A DNA stretch of 64,000 nt from an uncultured archaeon (GCA_964587725.1 CAZPLO010000001.1:128001-192000), one strand, 5' to 3'. Positions 49,223-59,054 are shown, counted from the first letter of the stretch. A program made the numbers and translations. The notes: generated by a model from the letters alone, not told the origin.

Positions 49223-50552
49223 CGTTTACCACCTTTATTTCGCGGGAAGCCACTTCCGCCACCAGCCGCCGGTCCTGGGTGACCACCACCACCGTCTTAT
49301 CGTCAGAAAGCATCTCGCGTATCAGTGAAACCAGCGTCTCCCTGGATTTTGAGTCTATGCCGCGGGTGGGCTCGTCCAACACCACCATCTCCGGACCGGA
49401 TATCAGGACGGCTGCGAGGGCCAGGCGCTGCCGTTCGCCCACGCTCAAGTCACGGGGGTACGTGTCTTTGTAACGGAGGAGGTTGAAGCGTTCCAGCATG
49501 GAGTCGACGTCCCCTTCCAGGTTAAGGTGTTTGAGCGTCAACTCCAGTTCGTCGGCTGCTGTGTCGCAGAACAGCATGTCCGACGGGTTCTGCGGGAGGT
49601 GGGCGATTTTGCGGGCGAGCTCCTCCGTCGGCGTTTCGCTGGTGTCCATCCCGTATGCTTTCACCGACCCCCGTATTGGTTTGAGCAGTCCGTTGAAGTG
49701 CTTCACCAAGGTGGTCTTGCCGGAGCCGTTCGCGCCCGTGACGGCGACACATTCTCCTTTGAGGATTTTCAGGCTAACGTCTCGGAGGACTGTGCGGCTG
49801 GGGTAGCCGCCCGTCAGCCCGGAAACCACCAGCACCGCTTCACCCGATGAATCGGTGAACGAGGGCTCATGAACAGGGTGAATGACTGGTGTCGTCCGCT
49901 GTCTGGAGCCTAGGTCGTAGGCCCAGTCGCATTCCAGGCCGTCGAGGTTGTGCTCCACCAGCACCACCGTGACTCCGTCGCTGTTGAGCGATTTCAGGAG
50001 CTTGAACAACTCCGTCCTGGACTCATAGTCCAGCTGCGACGTCGGCTCGTCCAACACCAGGATGCGGGGCTTCAACGCCAGCATCGACGCCAACACGACC
50101 TTCTGTTTCTCTCCGCCGGACAGCTCCGACGTCCTTCTGTTCAGAAGATGTTCTATACCCAGCCGCTCCGACACCCAGTTGATTCTCTCCCCTATCTCAC
50201 CCGACCCCAACATAAGGTTCTCTAAACCGAATGCTATCTCCGACTCCACGTCCGACGTTACAACCTGGCTCTCCGGGTCCTGGAATACGAGGCCCACGTG
50301 CGTCGACAGTTCGTTGACCGGGTGCTCCGTGGTGTCGAGGCCGTCCACGCGCACCGAACCCGATAGGGTGCCGCCTAGGTGATGCGGTATCAAACCGTTG
50401 AGCATTTTGCACAGCGTTGATTTCCCGGAGCCGGAGGGGCCTGTGATAAGGACGAAGTCTCCCCCCCCTACCGAGAGACTGACGTCTTCCAGCGCATGCT
50501 CTTTCTCGCCCGCGTACCTGTAGGATACGTTACTGAGTTCTATCGCGTTCAT
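49212..50552 (-). CDS. ECF transporter fused double ATPase
   Basis: GPSGSGKS/LSGGE/LDEP and GANGSGKT/LSVGE/LDEP. Confidence 0.92.
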   Translation of the reverse strand: MNAIELSNVSYRYAGEKEHALEDVSLSVGGGDFVLITGPSGSGKSTLCKMLNGLIPHHLGGTLSGSVRVDGLDTTEHPVNELSTHVGLVFQDPESQVVTSDVESEIAFGLENLMLGSGEIGERINWVSERLGIEHLLNRRTSELSGGEKQKVVLASMLALKPRILVLDEPTSQLDYESRTELFKLLKSLNSDGVTVVLVEHNLDGLECDWAYDLGSRQRTTPVIHPVHEPSFTDSSGEAVLVVSGLTGGYPSRTVLRDVSLKILKGECVAVTGANGSGKTTLVKHFNGLLKPIRGSVKAYGMDTSETPTEELARKIAHLPQNPSDMLFCDTAADELELTLKHLNLEGDVDSMLERFNLLRYKDTYPRDLSVGERQRLALAAVLISGPEMVVLDEPTRGIDSKSRETLVSLIREMLSDDKTVVVVTQDRRLVAEVASREIKVVNGVD

Positions 50553-51396
50553 GTTTGAATATGGGAAGGGTCAAGACCAGCAGGGGGAAGACGGCGGCAG
50601 CCGAGAACGGTATAGGCGTTATGCCGTCGTACGGCCAGTAGTCGAGGAGGCCGGACGATTTCATGTAGAGCGCATATGCTCCGGCCAGAACCGCCAACGC
50701 CGCATGCAATTTCTCGCCCAGACCCCATGTGGTTTTGCGGTAGCTGGTTCTCCTGCCGGTGTATGCCCTCGACACCATGCTGTCCGACAAATTGAAGCCG
50801 CGCTCCAGCGACGTGACGACTGTCGGCACCAGGGTGCTGACGTTGTTTTTTGTCCGTTCAACCAGCGAGCCGGAGTCAAACCTCACCCCGCGGGACGCCT
50901 GGGCGTCGCGGATGGATGAGTGGTCTCGGAGTACGGTGGGCATGAACCGCATGGAAATGGATGTTGCAAGAGCTACCCCCGGAAGCTGGGACGGAATCAA
51001 ACGCAGTATGGCGTCGGGGGAGGTGGTGTTGTTGAATATCTGGAATGCTGTGAGCATGTTCACCAGGAACACCGTCATGATAAGGCCGGTGGAAACGGAC
51101 TCCAGGGTTATGGGGCCTGCGAAAACCAGAGAAGGTATCTTGACGCCGAACAGGTCCAGGCGGTACGGTACCGTGTAGAGTACGGTGTCGCCTCCGTGGA
51201 CCAGGAAGGTGTTCACGAACAACGGGATGGCGGACACCAGCAGGCCGACTTTCACGTAGGACTTCATCGGCTGCTTATATGAGGCGGCAACCGACGCGAG
51301 AACGGTGAACAGCAGCAGCTGATAGAGTGGGTTGTATGTGAATGCGCAGTAGGCCATCGCCAGCAGCAGCCACAATGTCCAGTTCACGGCGTTCAT
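50530..51396 (-). CDS. ECF transporter T component
   Basis: RF.P......I.DAQ.SRG and SM.SR.Y motifs. Confidence 0.9.
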   Translation of the reverse strand: MNAVNWTLWLLLAMAYCAFTYNPLYQLLLFTVLASVAASYKQPMKSYVKVGLLVSAIPLFVNTFLVHGGDTVLYTVPYRLDLFGVKIPSLVFAGPITLESVSTGLIMTVFLVNMLTAFQIFNNTTSPDAILRLIPSQLPGVALATSISMRFMPTVLRDHSSIRDAQASRGVRFDSGSLVERTKNNVSTLVPTVVTSLERGFNLSDSMVSRAYTGRRTSYRKTTWGLGEKLHAALAVLAGAYALYMKSSGLLDYWPYDGITPIPFSAAAVFPLLVLTLPIFKHERDRTQ

Positions 51397-51432
51397 CTTC
51401 TGCTTTTATAGTATGGTTGCGTAAATATAAGA

Positions 51433-51451
51433 GTTGGATAAATTATCCAAC
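51433..51451. promoter_or_regulatory. Perfect palindromic operator GTTGGATAA-A-TTATCCAAC
   Basis: 9-bp arms with a 1-nt centre, between the divergent ECF operon and the DUF4430-like gene. Confidence 0.8.
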
Positions 51452-51461
51452 ATTGTGGAAG

Positions 51462-52463
51462 ATGATTGGGAAAACAACATCATACGGGCTTATAATACTT
51501 ATTTTGGCCGCCTCAGCCTCCGCGGCGAAGGTTGGAGTGTACGTTGAGTTCCCGGACGGGGGCTCATATTCGGAGTGCGTCGACGTCACAGAAGGCATCG
51601 ACGGCTACCAGGTGATGCAGGCAACAGACTTAGGACTGATGTGGGGTGGACCCCACGCACTGTACGGACACAGCCTGTGCAAGATAGAGGGAGAGGGCAC
51701 GGAGACGACGCCCACGGGATGCGAGTTCACAGGAGAATACTGGAACCTGTGGATAATCAAGTCCGGGAGCTCGTGGACCAGCATGCCTGTGGGATACGAC
51801 GGCGGAGACACCTGCTGGAACCGCGAAGACTACAGCTGGGACGGACACTACTGCGCGGTCGACGGCGACGTACTAGGGTTCGCGTTCGGGGAATGGAACA
51901 CCAAACCAGGCAGGGTGGAATACGGTGACATCTGCAAACCAGCAGGTGGTGGGATAGGTAAGAAGTTCTTCCCCACCATGGAGGTGAACGTCACACCCCA
52001 CCAACCGTACAGTGACACACCAGTCAACATACGGTTGAGGGACAACGACTCCGGCCATCCGGTGAAGGACGCGGCAGTCGAGGTATTCGATGCGGGAGAC
52101 ACGCCGGGGCTGAATGCTCCGCTCACGGAAGGTGAGACCGGACGCGACGGAGAAGTCGATTTCATATTGGATGTTGGACATTACACGGTCAGGATTACGC
52201 GGACGAGATACGGGCACCGCTACCTGGACGTGGAAGTCCGGGAGACGACCACGACAACGTCAACCACAACCACCAGCACAACGACTACATCGACCACAAC
52301 CACCACAGTTAAGCTGCCGGAGCATTTCCTGGTAACCACGACGACTGACACGACATCAACCACTACACTGGAGGAGCTGCCCCCCGTTGGTGCGGCAGTT
52401 GCAGCTGAACCCGGCGGCGGATTATTGAGCGGTCTGTGGCGGTGGCTGACGAATCTTTTATAA
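51462..52463 (+). CDS. Exported DUF4430/transcobalamin-like protein with Thr-rich stalk
   Basis: Signal peptide, G..LC.I.G, YW..W, DGDVLGF.FG; poly-Thr at about 52243-52367. Confidence 0.65.
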   Translation: MIGKTTSYGLIILILAASASAAKVGVYVEFPDGGSYSECVDVTEGIDGYQVMQATDLGLMWGGPHALYGHSLCKIEGEGTETTPTGCEFTGEYWNLWIIKSGSSWTSMPVGYDGGDTCWNREDYSWDGHYCAVDGDVLGFAFGEWNTKPGRVEYGDICKPAGGGIGKKFFPTMEVNVTPHQPYSDTPVNIRLRDNDSGHPVKDAAVEVFDAGDTPGLNAPLTEGETGRDGEVDFILDVGHYTVRITRTRYGHRYLDVEVRETTTTTSTTTTSTTTTSTTTTTVKLPEHFLVTTTTDTTSTTTLEELPPVGAAVAAEPGGGLLSGLWRWLTNLL

Positions 52464-52487
52464 CCTGACCCCCATTGTTTCTTTACC

Positions 52488-53810
52488 ATGAGGGTTTTGG
52501 TGGTCGGCAACGGAGCAAGGGAACACGCCATCGCGGCGGCACTGAAGAGAAGCGGGTCGGAACTTTACGCGCATATGACTGCGGTGAACCCCGGCATCGC
52601 GCGTCTGACGGAAGAGTATGGGGTAGGGGACAGCTGCAACCCCCCGGAAGTCCTCGAATACGCCAAAAACAGGGGCATAATGCTCGCCGTCATAGGGCCG
52701 GAGGCTCCGCTCGCAGCCGGCGTAGTCGATTCACTGGAGGACGGCGGCATACCGTGTGTGGGACCGCGGAGGGAGCCGGCGCGGCTGGAGACAGACAAGA
52801 GCTTCGCACGCAACCTCATGAAGAAGCATAGAATAATGGGTACGCCGGAGTTCAGCGTCTTCGATAACGCCGACAGCGCATGCGATTTCATAGACGATTT
52901 CGGCAGAGACCTGGCGGTGAAGCCGGCGGGTTTGACAGGCGGGAAGGGAGTTAAGATTATGGGGGAGCACTTCGACGCCGGCGGCGCGAAGGAATACGTC
53001 CGAGAGATATTAGACACATGCATGGGAGAGATACCGAAGGTTATTCTTGAAGAACGCCTGGTCGGTGAAGAATTCACGCTGCAGGCGTTCGTCGACGGCA
53101 AGACCGTTTTGGGGGCTCCGATGGTGCAGGACCATAAGCGCGCGTACGAAGGCGACGAGGGGCCGAACACCGGCGGCATGGGCAGCTACAGCGACAGCGG
53201 ATACGTACTCCCGTTCCTGACGCAGGAAGAGTATGACGACGGTGTCGGTATCATGGAGGAGACTGTGAAGGCCGTGAAGAAGGAAACCGGCGAGGAATAC
53301 AGGGGCTTCCTGTACGGGCAGTTCATGGCCACCGCCGACGGCGTGAAGGTGATAGAATACAACGCCCGCCTCGGGGATCCGGAGGCCATGAACACACTCA
53401 CCATACTCGAATCCGACATGCAGGAGCTGTGCATGAAAACCGCGACAGGGGAACTCGGCGGAAAAATCAGCTTCCAACCGAAAGCAACCGTCTGCAAATA
53501 CATGGTACCCGAAGGCTACCCCGATAATCCTTTGAACAACGTGGAAGTTACCATGGACCTGGAGGAGATAGAGGATATCGGCGGGGTGCTGTATTACGCG
53601 TCCGTCCGGGAGGAAGACGGCAGGATACTGACGTCTAAGTCGAGGGCCATCGCCGTAGTCGGCTCAGCAGAAACCATCGCGGAGGCGGAGCATATCGCGG
53701 AAGAATGCATGCCCCACATACGGGGCAGACTAAGGTACAGGAAGGACATCGGCACCAGCGAACTCATACAGAAGAGGATGGACCACATGCGGGAGCTGCG
53801 CGGGACTTAA
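52488..53810 (+). CDS. purD: Phosphoribosylamine-glycine ligase
   Basis: G.GAREHA, GPEAPL, GKGV, QDHKR, GPNTGGMG, EYNARLGDPE. Confidence 0.97.
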   Translation: MRVLVVGNGAREHAIAAALKRSGSELYAHMTAVNPGIARLTEEYGVGDSCNPPEVLEYAKNRGIMLAVIGPEAPLAAGVVDSLEDGGIPCVGPRREPARLETDKSFARNLMKKHRIMGTPEFSVFDNADSACDFIDDFGRDLAVKPAGLTGGKGVKIMGEHFDAGGAKEYVREILDTCMGEIPKVILEERLVGEEFTLQAFVDGKTVLGAPMVQDHKRAYEGDEGPNTGGMGSYSDSGYVLPFLTQEEYDDGVGIMEETVKAVKKETGEEYRGFLYGQFMATADGVKVIEYNARLGDPEAMNTLTILESDMQELCMKTATGELGGKISFQPKATVCKYMVPEGYPDNPLNNVEVTMDLEEIEDIGGVLYYASVREEDGRILTSKSRAIAVVGSAETIAEAEHIAEECMPHIRGRLRYRKDIGTSELIQKRMDHMRELRGT

Positions 53811-53835
53811 ATAGGTGCGATACCCGTTAATACAT

Positions 53836-54381
53836 ATGCAGAAGGTGGTGGGGGGCGGACAGCAGTATCCGCCGGTTCCGGAGCCGCGGTGGACCGGCGA
53901 CAGGAACATCCCCGAGGTGGAGGATTTTCTGAAAGACAATTATTCTGCTCATTGGGGGAGGGCTTCCCGGCAGGTCGGGGGGATGATGCCCAACAGCGTA
54001 AAGGGCATACTCGGCAGGGTCGCAGGCAACGTGGAGCGGATACTGGATTTGGAGCTGAGGGACGCGGACGCCACCGCGTTGAAGGCTACGACAGACGACC
54101 AGTGGTTCCAGGCCTTCAGCGACACAAACGATGTCCTTAAGACGTGGGGGGGAAGCCCCCAAGAGAAGGCCCAGGTTAGTGAAATCCAGAGGCACTGGAA
54201 CAACGAATTCAACGCCTTGTCAGGCGACGTCGCCGGCGGCGAAGGCGAGTACATGATAGAGCGGGCCATAGTAGTCCATGGCACCTGGAATGATTTAAGG
54301 GTGCTGGTCGCAGCCGGTAACGCGAACCGGTTCAGGTCGACGATGATTAACTCGGACATCGACCTGCCGGGGCCGAAGTAA
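53836..54381 (+). CDS. Hypothetical protein
   Basis: ORF filling the gap; no motif; start estimated. Confidence 0.55.
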   Translation: MQKVVGGGQQYPPVPEPRWTGDRNIPEVEDFLKDNYSAHWGRASRQVGGMMPNSVKGILGRVAGNVERILDLELRDADATALKATTDDQWFQAFSDTNDVLKTWGGSPQEKAQVSEIQRHWNNEFNALSGDVAGGEGEYMIERAIVVHGTWNDLRVLVAAGNANRFRSTMINSDIDLPGPK

Positions 54382-54384
54382 AAA

Positions 54385-54504
54385 CTATTCTTTCCTACCT
54401 GTCAGGCGGAGAACGCACTTCCAAGCCATCCGCACGGGGTCCCATCGTTTCCTCCCCCCGCAGTCCTCCGCAGGCTTCACCTTTTTCTCTAAAACCTCTG
54501 CCAC
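54385..54504 (-). CDS. Putative 39-aa small protein
   Basis: GTG start with AGGTG 6 nt upstream; MAEVLEKKVKPAEDCGGRKRWDPVRMAWKCVLRLTGRKE. Confidence 0.4.
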   Translation of the reverse strand: MAEVLEKKVKPAEDCGGRKRWDPVRMAWKCVLRLTGRKE

Positions 54505-54544
54505 GTGAAACACCTGAATAGAGTTGGGTGTTGGGGAATAAAAA

Positions 54545-54892
54545 CTAGTCCACGCAGGTTTCACACGGTTTTTTCCCGTCTGAAACTGCCTCGTCGCTGT
54601 TGTTGTAGCAGACGATGTTGGCCGGTGAAATCCGTTCAGCCCACTTGCACGTGCAATCGTGGAATAGTTCGCTGTTTCTGGACGCAACGTACTCGGTCCC
54701 GAACGGGCAGCCTAGCATTGCGCAGGGGTCGTCCGCGCACGGACATGGGGGGCATTCGTAGCAGACGCGCTCGTGGCCCACGCATTCCCCTGGGGAGTCA
54801 ACCACCCACCCGTCGCTGCACACGAACTTCTCCTTCACGGCCGCCTGGGACAGGCAGCCGGACAAAAGAAGCAGTAAAACCACCCAACGCAT
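54545..54892 (-). CDS. Cys-rich lipoprotein with Ada-metal-binding-like C-domain
   Basis: LLSGC lipobox; YVAS.NS..FH...C.....I...N......EA...G.KPC..C. Confidence 0.65.
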   Translation of the reverse strand: MRWVVLLLLLSGCLSQAAVKEKFVCSDGWVVDSPGECVGHERVCYECPPCPCADDPCAMLGCPFGTEYVASRNSELFHDCTCKWAERISPANIVCYNNSDEAVSDGKKPCETCVD

Positions 54893-54925
54893 GTTAAAAA
54901 ACAAGCAGTCTGTAATTAAAATCCC

Positions 54926-56152
54926 ATGGACGTGCGAACATTCGGGTGCGCGGTCAACCAGGCCGACAGCGAAATCATAATGGGGCTGCTGCGCGAGCAC
55001 GGCCTCGACTGCAGCGTCACGGTGGTGAACACCTGCACGGTGAAGACACCCACAGAAAATAGGGTGCTGAAGCTACTGAGGAAGCTTAGGGACGACGGGA
55101 TGACCGTGGTTGTCGCCGGGTGCCTGCCGGCTGCAAGGCCGTCGGTAGTCGACGAGTTCCCGGGGTTCAGCTTCATCGGCGTCAACACACAGGACATCGT
55201 GGAGGCCGTGTCGGCCGCCAGCAGGGGTGAAAGGTACGTGAAGGTTGTGGGGTCGGATGACAAGTCGTGCATGCCACGGGTGAAGTTGAACGACGTCGTG
55301 GGCATACTGCCGATAGCCGAAGGTTGTTTGGGGGGGTGCAGCTACTGCCAGACCAGACTGGCTAGGGGAGGGCTCAGCTCGTATCCGCTGGAGAAGCTGG
55401 TTGCGGAGGCGGAGTCCATGCTCCGATGCGGAGTGAATGAGATATGGGTTACGGCGCAGGACACCGGCGCATACGGACTGGACGTAGGCTCCAGCCTGCC
55501 CGATCTACTGCAGGAGCTGACATCCTTGGAGGGGGACTTCAGGGTACGGGTGGGGATGATGAACCCAGACCACGCCCGCAGCATGCTCGACGAGCTGGTG
55601 GACGCGTTCGGCAGCGAGAGAGTATACAAATTCGCGCACCTGCCGGTGCAGAGCGGAGACGACGGCGTGCTGAAAGACATGAACCGGCGATACACTGTGG
55701 AGGAGTTCAATGAGGTGGTAGAAGGATTCAGGCGGTTGAACACTACAATTTCCACCGACGTCATCGTGGGGTATCCGACGGAAGACGAGGACGCATTCCA
55801 GCATACGGTGGAGCTGGTGGGTGAAGTGAAACCGGATGTATTGAACATATCACGCTACTGGAGGCGGCCCGGTACGGAGGCCGCTGAACTGAAGGGGCAC
55901 CCCGGCAGGGAGACGAAACGAAGGAGCAGGATAATGAACAGGGTGTTTGAAAAAGTCGGTTCAGAAGTGAACCGGGAGTGGATTGGGTGGCGCGGCAGGG
56001 CGCTGGTGTCCGAAGCCAACAGAGACGGCACCCGCACGGCTCGAAACGACTTCTACAAGCCGATTGTCGTGGAAGGCGGAGAACTCGGGGAGTGGGTGGA
56101 CGTGGAAGTAACCGACGCCACATACTACGACCTCCGCGCTAGTATCCTGTGA
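54926..56152 (+). CDS. tRNA t6A37 methylthiotransferase (archaeal MtaB-like)
   Basis: TFGC..N..D, NTC.V, GC...C.YC, RVGMMNP, HLPVQSG, TRAM tail. Confidence 0.9.
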   Translation: MDVRTFGCAVNQADSEIIMGLLREHGLDCSVTVVNTCTVKTPTENRVLKLLRKLRDDGMTVVVAGCLPAARPSVVDEFPGFSFIGVNTQDIVEAVSAASRGERYVKVVGSDDKSCMPRVKLNDVVGILPIAEGCLGGCSYCQTRLARGGLSSYPLEKLVAEAESMLRCGVNEIWVTAQDTGAYGLDVGSSLPDLLQELTSLEGDFRVRVGMMNPDHARSMLDELVDAFGSERVYKFAHLPVQSGDDGVLKDMNRRYTVEEFNEVVEGFRRLNTTISTDVIVGYPTEDEDAFQHTVELVGEVKPDVLNISRYWRRPGTEAAELKGHPGRETKRRSRIMNRVFEKVGSEVNREWIGWRGRALVSEANRDGTRTARNDFYKPIVVEGGELGEWVDVEVTDATYYDLRASIL

Positions 56153-56831
56153 AGTTCTCCAGCTTGATTTTGTCTTCCGGAACATTCAATCCATCCAGTA
56201 TGTCCTTCATGGCCTCGCTCATCTTCGGCGGCCCGCAGACGTAGAAGACGCGGTCGGTGAAATCAGATATCTCCGACTGCACGACGTCCTTGGTTATGTA
56301 GCCCGTGTGCCCGTCCCATTCGCCCTTGGGTTTTTCCAGTACGTGGGTTAAGCGGAAGTTTCCATTATCCTCGCCCCAACCGTCCAGCTCCTCCCTGAAG
56401 GGTATGTTGTGTTCGTCGCGGTTCCCGTACAACAATACGATGTCGCAGTCCAAACCTTCGTCCAACACGTACTTGGTTATGCTGCGTATGGGGGTTATGC
56501 CTATGCCTCCGGTGAGGAACGCCATCTTCTGTTCGCCGCCGTATGTGAATTCGCCGCGGGGGCCCCGCAGCTCCACCGTTTCGCCAGTCTTCAGCGCATC
56601 CAACGCGTTCTTGAAGTCCGAACCCGTCATCCTGGTCGTGAACTCCAGGTTTTCCTCGGTGGGGGAGGTGCTGAACGAGAAATGCTTCATCAGGTTGTCG
56701 TTCAACCGGATGAAGAAGAACTGACCCGCATCGTAGTCGAATCCTTCCGGGCGGGTGAACCGGAAGCTCTTGACATCGCCTGCCCTGCCTACTTTCTCCA
56801 GCAGTTCCACGCCGTAGGACTCCATCGTCAC
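56139..56831 (-). CDS. Ferredoxin-NAD(P)+ reductase-like FAD/NAD oxidoreductase
   Basis: GQF, FS.STSP, GP.G.F, GGIGITP, YVCGPP.M, ENF. Confidence 0.9.
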   Translation of the reverse strand: MTMESYGVELLEKVGRAGDVKSFRFTRPEGFDYDAGQFFFIRLNDNLMKHFSFSTSPTEENLEFTTRMTGSDFKNALDALKTGETVELRGPRGEFTYGGEQKMAFLTGGIGITPIRSITKYVLDEGLDCDIVLLYGNRDEHNIPFREELDGWGEDNGNFRLTHVLEKPKGEWDGHTGYITKDVVQSEISDFTDRVFYVCGPPKMSEAMKDILDGLNVPEDKIKLENFTGY

Positions 56832-56855
56832 ACACTGTGTGCGAGGGTATAAAAG

Positions 56856-57845
56856 CTATTCGACGCGGAAGTCCACGCAGAATCGGTTCACATCGGGGTT
56901 GTAGCTGCCGCACAACACGGTATCCAGTATCACCGGCCTGCGGCCGAAGCCGCCCAACTCCTCAGCCAGTTCCCCGGTGGCCTCCAACGTGTTGGCTGCG
57001 AACGTGTAATAGTGGATAATCCCATTCTCGTTCAGCGCTGCGACCGCGACGTCCAAGAAGCTGCTGGCCTGCTTGGGCAGCGGCATTACTATGCGGTCGA
57101 ATTTCCCGAGCTCGGGCACCACCTCACGGACATCGCCTTCATAGACGTCGACGTCGACCTTGTTCCTCAGCACATTCCACCGCATGTACTCGACGGCCGC
57201 GGGGTTCAGTTCCACTGCGGAGACGCCGGCGCCGTGTTTGGCTGCGAGCACCGCGTACGGTCCGACGCCCGCGAACATCACCAGCACCCGCTCCCCCTTT
57301 CCAATTTGGTCGGAGACGCGTTTTCTTTCTGAACCGAGGCGGGGGCTGAAGTAACACGATGCGATGTCGAGTTTATAGAAGCAGCCGTGCTCTCGATGAA
57401 TTGTTTCAGTCCGGCCTTCACCCGCGACGACTTCAACCTCGGGGACCCGGTATTCTCCAGAGACCATGCCGGTCTTCAACGCCACCACCTTCACATGGGG
57501 GAACGTCTTCAGTAAAGCGTCACCCACCATCTCCTTCCTGTCCAGTATTCTCTCATCCAAGTCCAGCACCGCGATGTCCCCTACTATGTCGAATGAAGAA
57601 GGCACCATGGAAAGCGCGTCAGCCGACAGCACACCCTCCAACGCCTCCCTGAGGGAGGTGGGTTTCTTCTCCTTAACCCTTCCCTGTCGTTCGACGACCT
57701 CGCCGTAGTCTGGCTCCGCTGATACAGGGAAAAGGACGTAGCCGTCTTCGTGCTCAACCTCCGTGTCCTCATCCAGTAATCCGTCGGCTATCAGCTTCCG
57801 CAGCACCGACTCCGCCTCACGCCCCGGAATCCTTACGAACTTCAT
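56856..57845 (-). CDS. trm5: Trm5/Taw2-family tRNA methyltransferase
   Basis: SFDIVGDIA, YFSPRL..ER.R, MFAGVGPY, ELNP.A, DRIVMPLP. Confidence 0.88.
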   Translation of the reverse strand: MKFVRIPGREAESVLRKLIADGLLDEDTEVEHEDGYVLFPVSAEPDYGEVVERQGRVKEKKPTSLREALEGVLSADALSMVPSSFDIVGDIAVLDLDERILDRKEMVGDALLKTFPHVKVVALKTGMVSGEYRVPEVEVVAGEGRTETIHREHGCFYKLDIASCYFSPRLGSERKRVSDQIGKGERVLVMFAGVGPYAVLAAKHGAGVSAVELNPAAVEYMRWNVLRNKVDVDVYEGDVREVVPELGKFDRIVMPLPKQASSFLDVAVAALNENGIIHYYTFAANTLEATGELAEELGGFGRRPVILDTVLCGSYNPDVNRFCVDFRVE

Positions 57846-58186
57846 AGCATCCTCCGGGAAACATGCGCTCCCAAGAGTGAGCCTGTGAAGTCAGCCAGCA
57901 CGTCCACGAACGACGCGTCCCTGCCTGCGACAAACAGCTGGTGGACTTCGTCGGAGACGCCGTAGAGCGACGCCAGCAGGACCGCCGGATAGAATCCGGC
58001 GTAGGGAAACAGCAGGAAACCGAGGACCGCGTACTCCAGCAAATGAATCATGGGCGTGTATGCGCTGACGTCACCGGGCAGCCCCCCCTGTGGGATGGAG
58101 GATGAGGCGAATATCAAGGCTGTGTAAGCTATTATGAGCGCCAGGTTAAGCCTGCGGCGTGTCTTCAGATACGAAACGGGGTTCAT
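57842..58186 (-). CDS. VanZ-family membrane protein
   Basis: H..EYAVL, YG.SDE.HQ.FV.GR....D..AD. Confidence 0.88.
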   Translation of the reverse strand: MNPVSYLKTRRRLNLALIIAYTALIFASSSIPQGGLPGDVSAYTPMIHLLEYAVLGFLLFPYAGFYPAVLLASLYGVSDEVHQLFVAGRDASFVDVLADFTGSLLGAHVSRRML

Positions 58187-58593
58187 TGTTTCTTTATCAG
58201 GTCCACGATGATGGTGGTGCTGTGTAAGCCGGACTCCCAGTAATCCTTTATCCTGACCACCTTGGTGTCGAGGCCGCGGGAGCACAGCCCGGACTCGACT
58301 TCGCGTTCGTCGAAGTCCTGGTCCGGACCCAACGTGAGGACGTCAGGTTTCAGCTCAACCACGGTCTCATACATGTCCTCGCCGCCCAACACGGCGTCGT
58401 CTACTGGTTTAAGCGACTTAACCATGTGTAGGCGCTGCTCCTCCGAGATAGCGGGCCTCCTCTTGCGTTCGCGGGCGGTCTCATCCCGCGCAACAACCAC
58501 TACAAGACGGTCTCCGAGCTTCCTCGACTCCTCCAGGTATTTCAGATGGCCTGGATGCAGTATCTCGAACACGCCAGTGGCAACAACCAGCAT
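58183..58593 (-). CDS. ribL: Archaeal FAD synthase
   Basis: ATG.F.ILHPGH, VVARD, LKPVD.A.LG, LGPDQ, STT.I. Confidence 0.88.
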   Translation of the reverse strand: MLVVATGVFEILHPGHLKYLEESRKLGDRLVVVVARDETARERKRRPAISEEQRLHMVKSLKPVDDAVLGGEDMYETVVELKPDVLTLGPDQDFDEREVESGLCSRGLDTKVVRIKDYWESGLHSTTIIVDLIKKQ

Positions 58594-58633
58594 TTATAGC
58601 ACCGAAGTATTATATGTTACCCCAGGTTATAAG

Positions 58634-59053
58634 ATGAACTTCAGCATAACCTTCAGGAACCTAGACGCCCGCAGGGTTGGGGTCACCACAGGCCAGGTGA
58701 ACATAAACAACAACAGCACCATAACGTCGGTCCAGGAGGTGGACGGGCGGCTCAGCATAGGTTTCGCGTTCAGCTGCAACTACGAACCCAACATCGGCCT
58801 CGTCCGCGTCGAAGGCGAAGTGATGGTCGACGACAGCAAGGAGAAGGTGGAGAAGGCGGTGGATGAGTGGAACAACAGCGGCCGCAAGAAGCTGCCGAAG
58901 GAGATTGCTGAGAAAGTACACAACGTCATACTGAGCAACTGCATCATAGAGGCCAGCATACTCGCGAGGGATGTGAAATTGCCGGCGCCCGTGCCCATGC
59001 CGAAGGTGAACCTGGAACGCGACACCGAAGCTGACACCAGCTACATCAGATAA
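58634..59053 (+). CDS. Conserved-looking archaeal hypothetical protein (possible SecB-like fold)
   Basis: True start ATG58634 (MNFSITFRNLDARR); ININNN, F..NY.P..G...VEG, LP.P.PMP. Confidence 0.65.
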   Translation: MNFSITFRNLDARRVGVTTGQVNINNNSTITSVQEVDGRLSIGFAFSCNYEPNIGLVRVEGEVMVDDSKEKVEKAVDEWNNSGRKKLPKEIAEKVHNVILSNCIIEASILARDVKLPAPVPMPKVNLERDTEADTSYIR

Positions 59054-59054
59054 A

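Noticed and set aside
52243-52367. ACN-rich DNA repeat
   Set aside because: Explained by a Thr-rich protein linker with varied codons.
58262-58633. 5' extension of the 263-aa ORF
   Set aside because: It is antisense to ribL; the true start is ATG58634.
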